Source of the DNA: Bacteroidales bacterium | Lineage (GTDB): Bacteria > Bacteroidota > Bacteroidia > Bacteroidales > UBA7960 | NCBI GenBank assembly: GCA_007129945.1 | Contig: SKUN01000087.1 | Span: 21,985 to 85,984, forward strand | Length of the DNA: 64,000 nt | Reading direction: 5' to 3' | Shown here: positions 27,608 to 35,866 of the stretch, piece after piece | Layout: each line of letters opens with the position of its first letter | Numbering within the stretch: position 1 is the first letter of the stretch | Translations under genes and position numbers: made by a program | Notes under the pieces: model-generated | The model's input: only the letters and a program-made list of their open reading frames with translations | Database searches by the model: none | What the model was told of the DNA's origin: nothing

Positions 27608-28438
27608 ATGCAACAAACAATTGCCATACAGGGATGCAGGGGCTCTTTTCACGAAGAAGCAGCCATCAGATATTTCGGAAAAGATTTTAAACCGGAAGAG
27701 TGCACTGACTTTGATCATCTGATTAAAACGATGGAGTCGAAGAACGCAGATTACGGGATAATGGCCATCGAAAACTCCCTGGTGGGAAGTATTTTGAGAA
27801 ATCTTTCCATGCTTCGCGATTCATCTCTGCAGATTACCGGTGAGGTCTATATGCAAATCAGCCAGAACCTCATGGCATTACCCGGACAACACATAGGAGA
27901 CCTGGAGGAAGTACAGTCACATCCGATGGCCCTGCTCCAGACAGAAGTTTTTTTTAAAAAACATCCGGCCATCCGCCTGATGGAATCACATGATACTGCC
28001 GGGAGTGCAAGATTTATCGCCCGCAATCAATTAAAAAGAACAGGGGCCATCGGAAGTGCTGCGGCGGCCAGAATGTATGGATTGTCCATCCTTGCCAGTG
28101 ACATAGAAACTGAAAAAGAAAACTTCACCCGTTTTTTGGTGGTGGCCCCCCACCCCGAAACACCTGAACCCCGGCAAAAAGTGAAAGCCAGCGTGGCCTT
28201 TACCGCACTTCACCGACCCGGAGCTTTGTCAGAAATTCTGCAGCCCCTTTCAGAGGAAGGAGTCAACCTCACCATGCTGCAGTCTTTGCCCCTTCCGGGG
28301 AAAACCTGGGAATATATCTTCCACATGGATATGATTTTTGACAATCCGGAAAGAGCAAGAAAAACCATAGGAGTATTCGGAAGTAAGTTAAACAATGTAT
28401 GGGTCATGGGGGTATACCCGTTAGCAGAAACAAGATAA
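27608..28438 (+). CDS. pheA: Prephenate dehydratase (PDT plus ACT domain, no chorismate mutase domain)
   Basis: 276 aa. MQQTIAIQGCRGSFHEEAA...MAIENSLVGSI... and a C-terminal ACT-like region. Confidence 0.9.
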   Translation: MQQTIAIQGCRGSFHEEAAIRYFGKDFKPEECTDFDHLIKTMESKNADYGIMAIENSLVGSILRNLSMLRDSSLQITGEVYMQISQNLMALPGQHIGDLEEVQSHPMALLQTEVFFKKHPAIRLMESHDTAGSARFIARNQLKRTGAIGSAAAARMYGLSILASDIETEKENFTRFLVVAPHPETPEPRQKVKASVAFTALHRPGALSEILQPLSEEGVNLTMLQSLPLPGKTWEYIFHMDMIFDNPERARKTIGVFGSKLNNVWVMGVYPLAETR

Positions 28439-28443
28439 ACGCC

Positions 28444-29301
28444 ATGAATCAATCAAAAACCACATGCATCATCGGACTGGGGCTGATCGGCGGATCAATG
28501 GCCATCGACCTGAAAAAGAGGGGGTTCTCGGATCACGTGATCGGAACAGACACCAATCCTGCCCACCTGGAAGCAGCCCTCAGGCAGGGGATCATCGATG
28601 AGGCCCTGCCTCTGGAGGAAGCGACATTTAAGGCAGATATCACCTTGTTATGTACACCGGCAGGCGCCATCATGCAGTTACTGCCGAAACTGCTGACGCT
28701 GACGGAGGGAACCGGCAAGGTGATCACCGATACGGGTTCAACCAAAGCAGCGATCGCATCATGCGTAAACAATCATCCCAACCGAAAAGCTTATGTGGCG
28801 GCACACCCCATGGCCGGCACCGAAAAATCAGGCCCGGGAGCTGCTTTCAGCGGGTTATTTGACCATCAATGTGTGATCATTTGCGGAAAAGAGAAAAGTG
28901 ATACTGCCGCCCTGGATGCCACCGAAAAATTATTCCGCACATTAAAAATGCACATAACCTATATGGATGAAGACTCCCATGATGTGAGCGCAGCCTATGT
29001 GTCCCACATATCCCACCTTGCCTCTTTTGCCCTTTCGCTATGTGTACAGGAAAAAGAAAAAGACCAAAGAAACATTTTGCGGCTTGCAGGTGGTGGATTT
29101 TCCTCCGCAGTCCGGCTGGCAAAAAGTTCTGGTGAGATGTGGGCACCCATTTTTGAGCAAAACAATCAGCACATTATTGCGGTGCTGCAATCATACATTG
29201 ACAAACTGGAGATCTTTAAGCACCATCTTACGGATATGAACAACCATGAAGTGCTCAAACTGATCAGGGAAGCGAACAAAATAGAGACAATTATCAAATA
29301 A
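28444..29301 (+). CDS. tyrA: Prephenate dehydrogenase
   Basis: CIIGLGLIGGSMAIDL Rossmann motif and AAHPMAGTEKSG. ATG 28444. Confidence 0.88.
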   Translation: MNQSKTTCIIGLGLIGGSMAIDLKKRGFSDHVIGTDTNPAHLEAALRQGIIDEALPLEEATFKADITLLCTPAGAIMQLLPKLLTLTEGTGKVITDTGSTKAAIASCVNNHPNRKAYVAAHPMAGTEKSGPGAAFSGLFDHQCVIICGKEKSDTAALDATEKLFRTLKMHITYMDEDSHDVSAAYVSHISHLASFALSLCVQEKEKDQRNILRLAGGGFSSAVRLAKSSGEMWAPIFEQNNQHIIAVLQSYIDKLEIFKHHLTDMNNHEVLKLIREANKIETIIK

Positions 29302-29311
29302 AAACCACACA

Positions 29312-30112
29312 ATGGAACCACAAGTAGAGCGCAAAAAATCCCGGAGACGGACCGCTGCCAGGCCACAACCGATGATAATCGCCGGACCCTGCAGTGCTGA
29401 ATCCGAAGACCAGGTTTTGCGGACAGCAAGAAAGCTGGCCGCGGGTGAACGAACGGATTTTTTCAGGGCGGGTATCTGGAAACCGCGGACACGCCCTGGA
29501 AATTTTGAAGGGGTGGGCAATGTCGGGCTCCGCTGGCTGCAGCGCGTAAAGGAGGAAACGGGGATGAAAACAGCCACAGAAGTTGCCACCACCACGCACG
29601 TTTATGAAGCACTGAAGTATGGAATTGACTGCCTGTGGATCGGAGCCAGAACAACGGCCAACCCATTTGCCACCCAGGAAATCGCCAATGCGCTCCGTGG
29701 GGCTGAGGTCATGGTCTGCGTCAAAAATCCGGTTAACCCGGATCCCGCCCTGTGGCTGGGAGCCATTGAGCGGATAAGCGATGCGGGGATCAGGGACATC
29801 ATGGCCATTCACAGAGGTTTTTCAAGTTATGGGAAAACACGATACAGGAATATGCCTCAGTGGGCAATCCCGCTCTGGTTAAAAAAGCAAATTCCCGGGT
29901 TACCCATCATTTGTGACCCAAGTCATATTGCCGGAAATCGTGAACTCCTCCAGCACATCGCCCGCCGTTCAGTGCTTTTGGGTTTTGACGGGCTGATGAT
30001 TGAAGTGCACAATGACCCGTCGAAAGCCTTGAGTGACGCAGGTCAGCAACTGACTCCCGAAGCTTTTGAAGTGCTTATGGCGGGAAAATTCAGAAATTCG
30101 TCCTATCTTTGA
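29312..30112 (+). CDS. 3-deoxy-7-phosphoheptulonate (DAHP) synthase, type I-beta, unfused
   Basis: IIAGPCSAES...FRAGIWKPRTRP...WIGARTT...ICDPSH motifs of the KDOPS-like DAHPS family. 266 aa, so there is no room for a chorismate mutase domain. Confidence 0.87.
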   Translation: MEPQVERKKSRRRTAARPQPMIIAGPCSAESEDQVLRTARKLAAGERTDFFRAGIWKPRTRPGNFEGVGNVGLRWLQRVKEETGMKTATEVATTTHVYEALKYGIDCLWIGARTTANPFATQEIANALRGAEVMVCVKNPVNPDPALWLGAIERISDAGIRDIMAIHRGFSSYGKTRYRNMPQWAIPLWLKKQIPGLPIICDPSHIAGNRELLQHIARRSVLLGFDGLMIEVHNDPSKALSDAGQQLTPEAFEVLMAGKFRNSSYL

Positions 30113-30128
30113 GATAAAACACCTTCAT

Positions 30129-31154
30129 ATGGAAACTTTATTTGTTAAAGGAATTCACAGAAACAGCCGCATTCTGGTGGGTGAACCACTGAATTTATTA
30201 AGGGAGCATATACCCGGCCAGAACGTTTTCATCATCACCGATAAAAATCTGCATCGCTTGTACTGCAGGTATATCCCAAGCTATCCTGTTTATGTGATGG
30301 AGCCCGGGGAGGGCAGCAAAACGATCAATAACGCCGCAAAGATCTGCAAATGGCTTATGGACAAAGGGGCCGGGCGTGACGCCTTTATTCTTGGCGTAGG
30401 TGGAGGCGTCGTCTGCGACATGACAGGTTTTGTGGGGTCAATATTTTTGCGGGGGGTGGAGTTCGGTTTTGTCGCCACTTCGCTGATGGCCCAGATAGAT
30501 GCCGCTATCGGTGGGAAAAACGGGGTAAACCTGAACGGATACAAAAATATCATGGGCACGATCAGGCAGCCGGCTTTTGTCATGTGCGACACCAAAATGC
30601 TCAACAGCCTCCCGGAAGAGGAACTCAAACACGGGCTGGCTGAAGCGGTCAAACACAGCCTGATCTCTGACCGTCAAATGTTTGAAATCCTGAAGGATCA
30701 GGGAGAATCATTGCTGAAACTGGATGAAGAGCTGGTATACAAACTGGTGAACCGTTCTGTCAAAGCCAAGATTGAGGTTGTCAACAGGGATGAAGTGGAG
30801 CTGGGAGAACGAAGAAAACTGAACCTGGGGCATACCTGGGGGCATGCCGTGGAAAAAACAGACCGTATTCCCCATGGCCAGGCAATAAGCATCGGACTTG
30901 CATTCGCGGCAAAACTTTCTGAGCACAGGGGGAAATTAAGCACGGCAGAACGCGCAGAGATTGTCAGCCTGCTGATGAAGCTCGGGTTGCCCGTAAAGTC
31001 CGAGACCAACCCGAAAACCATATTTAAGGCGTTACTGAAGGACAAGAAAAAGGAGACCGACCACATCCATTTTGTATTAATGGACGGGATCGGAGATGTG
31101 GTGGTGGAGCCCATCCCCATCCAGGAGTTAAAAGCCTTTGTCAAGTTGCTTTAG
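30129..31154 (+). CDS. aroB: 3-dehydroquinate synthase
   Basis: GVGGGVVCDMTGF, the DAAIGGKNGVN glycine-rich loop, and HTWGHAVE metal ligands. ATG 30129. Confidence 0.9.
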   Translation: METLFVKGIHRNSRILVGEPLNLLREHIPGQNVFIITDKNLHRLYCRYIPSYPVYVMEPGEGSKTINNAAKICKWLMDKGAGRDAFILGVGGGVVCDMTGFVGSIFLRGVEFGFVATSLMAQIDAAIGGKNGVNLNGYKNIMGTIRQPAFVMCDTKMLNSLPEEELKHGLAEAVKHSLISDRQMFEILKDQGESLLKLDEELVYKLVNRSVKAKIEVVNRDEVELGERRKLNLGHTWGHAVEKTDRIPHGQAISIGLAFAAKLSEHRGKLSTAERAEIVSLLMKLGLPVKSETNPKTIFKALLKDKKKETDHIHFVLMDGIGDVVVEPIPIQELKAFVKLL

Positions 31155-31163
31155 AGAAAAATA

Positions 31164-32090
31164 ATGACAAATACAGTCTACGCTGTTTTCGGCAGCCCCG
31201 TATTGCACAGCAAAAGCCCGCAACTGTTCAGCCCGCTGCTGGAGAAGCAACCAAATACCTGTTATACAAGGATCCGGCCGCAAACAGCGGCAGACCTGGC
31301 AGACATTGTCCGGGATCTCGACATAAAGGGTGCAAGCATCACCTCCCCCTTCAAGGAAGATGTACTCTCCCTGATCGACAAAGTACATCCTGCAGCCATG
31401 GAAATTGGTGCAGTCAACTGCATCCGGCAACAAAACGGATATATTGAAGGAGACAACACAGACCATGTAGGCGTAACCGGTGCCCTTCGTGAAGCGGGGG
31501 CCTCCCTGAACGGACTGAAGGTACTGGTACTCGGAGCCGGAGGTGCGGCAAAGGCAGCCATTTATGGCCTGGCACATGCCGGGGCAAAAGTTACAATCAG
31601 CAACCGTACATTTGCAAAAGCCGAAAAGCTGGCCGCCGCATTTGACTGTGAAACAATTCCGTGGGAAGGACCCGGGAAATCCCGCTATTTCGACGCCGTG
31701 GTGTCTGCGCTTCTTCCGGAAGCAATCCCCCCGTTTATGGACTCCCTCAGGTACGAAATATTGCTGGATGCAATTTACAAGCCATCGGCAGTAACCGCTT
31801 TCACCAAAAACAAAGGCATTCCCGTGATCAGGGGAGAGAAATGGCTGATCCATCAGGGTGTGGAAGCAGCCGCATTTTATATCGGGGAGCGACCCCCCCC
31901 TGCACTCCTGGCAAAAATGCTGGCCAAAAAACCCGACCGGGACAAGCTGCAGGTTTTTGTACTGAACCGGTCAAGCCTCAAACACTTCCATCAAAGCGCC
32001 CACGAGCTGGTCATTTCCGGATTCGGCCTGGACGAAACAACCATAAACCGACTGATCGATGAAGAAAAAGAGCTTGCCTTCGGCGGTTGA
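31164..32090 (+). CDS. aroE: Shikimate dehydrogenase with a ~55-aa C-terminal extension
   Basis: FGSPVLHSKSP, NTDHVG, LGAGGAAKA. The catalytic domain ends near ...PALLAKML. The extension overlaps aroA by 32 nt. Confidence 0.82.
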   Translation: MTNTVYAVFGSPVLHSKSPQLFSPLLEKQPNTCYTRIRPQTAADLADIVRDLDIKGASITSPFKEDVLSLIDKVHPAAMEIGAVNCIRQQNGYIEGDNTDHVGVTGALREAGASLNGLKVLVLGAGGAAKAAIYGLAHAGAKVTISNRTFAKAEKLAAAFDCETIPWEGPGKSRYFDAVVSALLPEAIPPFMDSLRYEILLDAIYKPSAVTAFTKNKGIPVIRGEKWLIHQGVEAAAFYIGERPPPALLAKMLAKKPDRDKLQVFVLNRSSLKHFHQSAHELVISGFGLDETTINRLIDEEKELAFGG

Positions 32091-33294
32091 CGGACACATT
32101 CAGGCTCCCCCTTCCAAAAGTGCTGCACAACGGGCCATTGCCATTGCCACGCTGGCAAAAGGCACCTCGGTAATTATCAGGCCCGGAGACTCCGATGATG
32201 TAATGGCGGCCACGGATGTTTCCCGCACACTGGGGGCATCTGTTGAGCAATGGGGTCGAAATCTGCACATTGCAGGTGGAATCCACCCTCCGGAAGCCCC
32301 GCTGCATTGCCGGGAATCAGGGTTGAGCATCCGGATGTTTGCGGGGATTGCCTCTATCTTTTCTGAAGAATTGCAGATGACCGGGCAGGGGAGCCTGTTA
32401 AAGCGTCCTATGGAAGTAGTGGCAACATCATTACAGGCATTGGGCGTTCACTGCAAAACCACTGCAGGAAAACTTCCGATTTATATCTGCGGGCCCATTA
32501 AAGGCGGGGATGTAAGCATCGACGGATCCCTTAGCTCCCAGGTTCTCACCGGCATTCTCATTGCCGCCCCCTTTGCAGAAAAAGAACTCACCCTCCATGT
32601 CAGCCAGCTGAAAAGCAAGCCCTATATCGACCTCACCATGGATGTGATGAGAGCCTTCGGGGTTGAAGCAATCAACGATAATTACGAACACTTCACCATC
32701 CCTTCCGGCCAACATTACAGTGCCTGCCGGTATACCGTGGAAGGTGACTGGAGCGGGGCAGCTTTCCTGCTGGTTGCCGGGGCCATTGCCGGAAAAGTTG
32801 TTGTAGACAACTTAAACCCCCGTTCTTCACAGGGCGATAAGGGAATCCTGGAGGCGTTAAAAGCTTCGGGCGCCTCAGTCAATGTGGCGGGCGAAGTGAT
32901 CCGCGTAGAAAAACACAAACTGAACGCTTTTTCTTTTGACGCCACTGACTGCCCGGATCTTTTCCCGCCCCTTGCAGCATTGGCCGCACATTGCCATGGG
33001 ACAAGCAGAATCCGGGGAGTCAGCCGGCTGCGGGCAAAGGAAAGCGACCGGGCCGCCACACTGATGGATATTTTCTCCAAAACGGGCATCGCCATCCGCC
33101 TTGAAAAGGACACCATGCTGGTGGAAGGCGGGAAACCACAAGCAGCCACCGTGGAGTCACACGGCGATCACCGCATCGCCATGGCCGCCGCGGTAACCGC
33201 CTTGAACGGCACAGGACCGGTACACATTGAAGGGGCAGAAGCAGTAAATAAGTCTTACCCCGGGTTTTTCAAAGACCTTGCGAACATTACATAG
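32059..33294 (+). CDS. aroA: 3-phosphoshikimate 1-carboxyvinyltransferase (EPSP synthase)
   Basis: 411 aa. APPSKSAAQRA, LRAKESDR and HGDHRIAMA motifs. Confidence 0.92.
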   Translation: MKKKSLPSAVDGHIQAPPSKSAAQRAIAIATLAKGTSVIIRPGDSDDVMAATDVSRTLGASVEQWGRNLHIAGGIHPPEAPLHCRESGLSIRMFAGIASIFSEELQMTGQGSLLKRPMEVVATSLQALGVHCKTTAGKLPIYICGPIKGGDVSIDGSLSSQVLTGILIAAPFAEKELTLHVSQLKSKPYIDLTMDVMRAFGVEAINDNYEHFTIPSGQHYSACRYTVEGDWSGAAFLLVAGAIAGKVVVDNLNPRSSQGDKGILEALKASGASVNVAGEVIRVEKHKLNAFSFDATDCPDLFPPLAALAAHCHGTSRIRGVSRLRAKESDRAATLMDIFSKTGIAIRLEKDTMLVEGGKPQAATVESHGDHRIAMAAAVTALNGTGPVHIEGAEAVNKSYPGFFKDLANIT

Positions 33295-33314
33295 AGCCCA
33301 AAACCAGGGCGACT

Positions 33315-33413
33315 GGCGATCGTCCACATAGCAATGAACAAGCCAGGAGGCAGGGCACCGGCGATCGTCCAAATAGCAATGAACAAGCCAGGAGGCAGGG
33401 CACCGGCGATCAT
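33315..33413. repeat. Locus R2: 45-bp tandem repeat, 2.2 copies, between aroA and aroC
   Basis: GGCGATCGTCCA(C/A)ATAGCAATGAACAAGCCAGGAGGCAGGGCACC starts at 33315 and 33360, with a partial copy at 33405. Confidence 0.9.
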
Positions 33414-33432
33414 ACACCCCGGGGGTTTTTAA

Positions 33433-33440
33433 TAACTTTG
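33433..33440 (+). promoter_or_regulatory. Candidate internal -7 box TAACTTTG just upstream of aroC
   Basis: Matches TAnnTTTG, 17 nt before the aroC ATG and immediately after the repeat. Confidence 0.3.
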
Positions 33441-33456
33441 CAAAAATTATCCTCTT

Positions 33457-34440
33457 ATGAACAGCTTTGGCCGCCTATTCAGGACACATCTGTTTGGAGA
33501 ATCTCACGGATCCTCCATTGGCATAACAATTGACGGGTGCCCGCCGGGTATTGCCCTGTCGGAAGATGACTTCGGGGAAGACCTTGGTCGCCGCAAACCC
33601 GTTGCCAAAGGCACCACTCCGCGAAAAGAAGAAGACAAGCCTGAAATTTTATCCGGAATTTTTAACGGATATACCACGGGTGCTCCGCTGACCATCGTTT
33701 TTGCCAACAAAAATGTGCGTTCGGCCGACTACAGCCACCTGACCGACAAGCCCCGGCCGGGGCACGCAGACCTTGTTGCAAATAAACGTTTTCTCGGATT
33801 CAATGATCCCCGGGGCGGCGGGCATTTTTCAGGAAGACTTACCCTGGCACTGGTGGCAGCCGGCGTGGTGGCAAAAAAATTACTGACCGGGATTACACTG
33901 TCTGCAAAACTCATTGAAGCAGGCGGAAGACCGGATATTGAACCGGCGGTCAATGAAGCACTTGAAGAAGGAGACAGCATTGGCGGTTTGATCGAGTGCC
34001 GTGCACAACATATTCCCCTGGGTTGGGGCGAGCCGTTTTTCGATTCGGTGGAATCGGTCATCAGCCACCTGGCCTTCGCCGTGCCGGCGGTCAAAGGGAT
34101 TGAGTTCGGTTCTGGATTTGCCGCGGCGGCCATGAAGGGCAGCACGCACAATGACCCCATCACCAGCAAATCCGGCAAAACAGCAACCAATAATGCAGGA
34201 GGGATCACCGGCGGGCTGACCAACGGCAATGAACTGGTTTTCCGTATTGCCATCAAACCCGCCTCAAGCATCGGGAAGCCCCAAAAGACACTGAACCTGA
34301 AAACCAACAAGGAGGATATTCTGGAGGTCAAAGGTCGTCATGATGCCTGTATCGCCCTGCGGGCGCCTGTAGTCATTGAAGCCATCACAGCCTTGGCCCT
34401 GGCGGATTTCAGCCTGATGACAAAAGCCGTATGCATTTAG
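33457..34440 (+). CDS. aroC: Chorismate synthase
   Basis: MNSFGRLFRTHLFGESHG...RPGHAD...GGGHFSGR motifs. 327 aa. Confidence 0.92.
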   Translation: MNSFGRLFRTHLFGESHGSSIGITIDGCPPGIALSEDDFGEDLGRRKPVAKGTTPRKEEDKPEILSGIFNGYTTGAPLTIVFANKNVRSADYSHLTDKPRPGHADLVANKRFLGFNDPRGGGHFSGRLTLALVAAGVVAKKLLTGITLSAKLIEAGGRPDIEPAVNEALEEGDSIGGLIECRAQHIPLGWGEPFFDSVESVISHLAFAVPAVKGIEFGSGFAAAAMKGSTHNDPITSKSGKTATNNAGGITGGLTNGNELVFRIAIKPASSIGKPQKTLNLKTNKEDILEVKGRHDACIALRAPVVIEAITALALADFSLMTKAVCI

Positions 34441-34591
34441 TTGCCGGCCCTGAAGTCAGGCCGCAGCCCCCCATATGGCTATGCACGCCAATATAGTTAT
34501 GCACGAGGGTGTCCCACCCGCTAACCCGGCCCCGTAATTAGCCTGCCTGATGAACAATGCATAAAAATTTTTGTTTTGTTTAAAATACCAT

Positions 34592-34599
34592 TACATTTG
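34592..34599 (+). promoter_or_regulatory. Candidate -7 box TACATTTG (with TTTG at 34570-34573) for the his leader
   Basis: Perfect TAnnTTTG with a -33-like TTTG 18 nt upstream. The leader ATG is 20 nt downstream. Confidence 0.5.
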
Positions 34600-34619
34600 C
34601 CAACGCTAAAAGATAAACA

Positions 34620-34676
34620 ATGATTTATTCAATCCACCATATGCACCATCATACAACCCCCCGCAAAGGGTGTTGA
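34620..34676 (+). promoter_or_regulatory. His-rich leader peptide ORF 1 (MIYSIHHMHHHTTPRKGC*)
   Basis: 5 His codons lie within 6 codons (34635-34652). Confidence 0.7.
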
Positions 34677-34711
34677 ACGGTGCTGTCGTGGATTTTTCAT
34701 AATTCCAATTA

Positions 34712-34750
34712 GCAGAAAGCCCCGGGAAACACCCGGGGCTTTCTGCTTTT
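34712..34750 (+). terminator. His attenuator terminator 1
   Basis: Perfect 15-bp stem GCAGAAAGCCCCGGG / CCCGGGGCTTTCTGC, loop AAACA, followed by TTTT. Confidence 0.85.
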
Positions 34751-34840
34751 ACGCCCTTATGAAAAACCACATGAACCAATAAGCCCCGAAAAAAGATTCT
34801 TCAAAAAACCAAACAGCACAGACAAAATAATCACAGCAAA

Positions 34841-34921
34841 ATGATCCTGACCCATCAAACCCATCATATACATCATCTGCGCCAGAGGCGGCGGACCGGG
34901 TCGGGTATGATAAGTAGTTAA
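34841..34921 (+). promoter_or_regulatory. His-rich leader peptide ORF 2 (MILTHQTHHIHHLRQRRRTGSGMISS*)
   Basis: 5 His codons lie within 8 codons (34853-34876). Confidence 0.6.
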
Positions 34922-34944
34922 CCATCGAATCAATAAAGACCAGC

Positions 34945-34980
34945 AAAGGGACCCGCCGCTTCAGGCAGGTCCCTTTTTTT
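34945..34980 (+). terminator. His attenuator terminator 2
   Basis: AAAGGGACC...GGTCCCTTT outer stem with an inner GCC/GGC, then 7 T. It lies 22 nt before the hisG ATG. Confidence 0.8.
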
Positions 34981-35002
34981 ATTTCACCCACAAAAAACAC
35001 AA

Positions 35003-35866
35003 ATGAAAAACGACAAATTGACAATGGCCATTCAAAAAAGTGGCCGCCTGAGTGAAGATTCAGTCAAACTGCTAAAACAATGCGGCATCCGCATCCAGAA
35101 CGGGAACAACAACCTGAAGGCCATAGCCAGCGGATTTCCCATGGAACTGATATTTCTCCGTGATGACGACATCCCTCAATATGTGGAAGACGGTGTAGCC
35201 GATGCGGGAATCCTCGGGCTCAACGAAGTGCTCGAAAAAAACAAAGACGTAGAGGTCATTCAGCCTCTGGGCTTTTCACGCTGCCGTCTTTCAGTGGCCA
35301 TTCCCCGGGCCATGGACTACCCCGGGAAGGAATTCCTGAACGGGAAGCGGATCGCCACCTCCTATCCGATTTTACTGGAAAAATTCCTGAAAGAAAACAA
35401 GCTAAACGCTGAGATACACCCCATCAGCGGATCGGTGGAGGTCACCCCGGGCCTGGGCCTGGCCGATGCCATTTTTGAGATCGTCAGCTCCGGAGGCACC
35501 CTGTTGAGCAACGGGCTGAAAGAAACAGAAACGGTACTGGAGAGTGAAGCAGTGCTGATCGCCGGGAAGAACCTTTCTGAACCGGTAAACAAACTGTTGC
35601 AACAACTGCTGTTCCGGATCCGGTCGGTACAAAAAGCCGCAAACAACAAGTATATTCTGCTGAATGCCCCGGAACAGCAGCTCGACAACATCATCTCCCT
35701 GATACCCGGCATGAAGAGCCCCACCATCATGCCGCTGGCCGAAAAAGGCTGGTATTCATTGCACTCAGTCATCAGTGAGGATGATTTCTGGGGAGTCATC
35801 GACAACCTGAAAGAAGCCGGAGCCGAGGGAATACTGGTGGTTCCCATCGAAAAAATGGTCACGTAA
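35003..35866 (+). CDS. hisG: ATP phosphoribosyltransferase (long form)
   Basis: MAIQKSGRLSEDSVKLLKQCGI..., 287 aa. An alternative start lies at 35024. Confidence 0.92.
   Translation: MKNDKLTMAIQKSGRLSEDSVKLLKQCGIRIQNGNNNLKAIASGFPMELIFLRDDDIPQYVEDGVADAGILGLNEVLEKNKDVEVIQPLGFSRCRLSVAIPRAMDYPGKEFLNGKRIATSYPILLEKFLKENKLNAEIHPISGSVEVTPGLGLADAIFEIVSSGGTLLSNGLKETETVLESEAVLIAGKNLSEPVNKLLQQLLFRIRSVQKAANNKYILLNAPEQQLDNIISLIPGMKSPTIMPLAEKGWYSLHSVISEDDFWGVIDNLKEAGAEGILVVPIEKMVT

Noticed and set aside
27342-27722. 126-aa ORF covering the aromatic leader region and the start of pheA.
   Set aside because: It runs through a strong terminator and overlaps pheA out of frame. The region is better explained by the short Tyr/Phe leader ORF plus attenuator.
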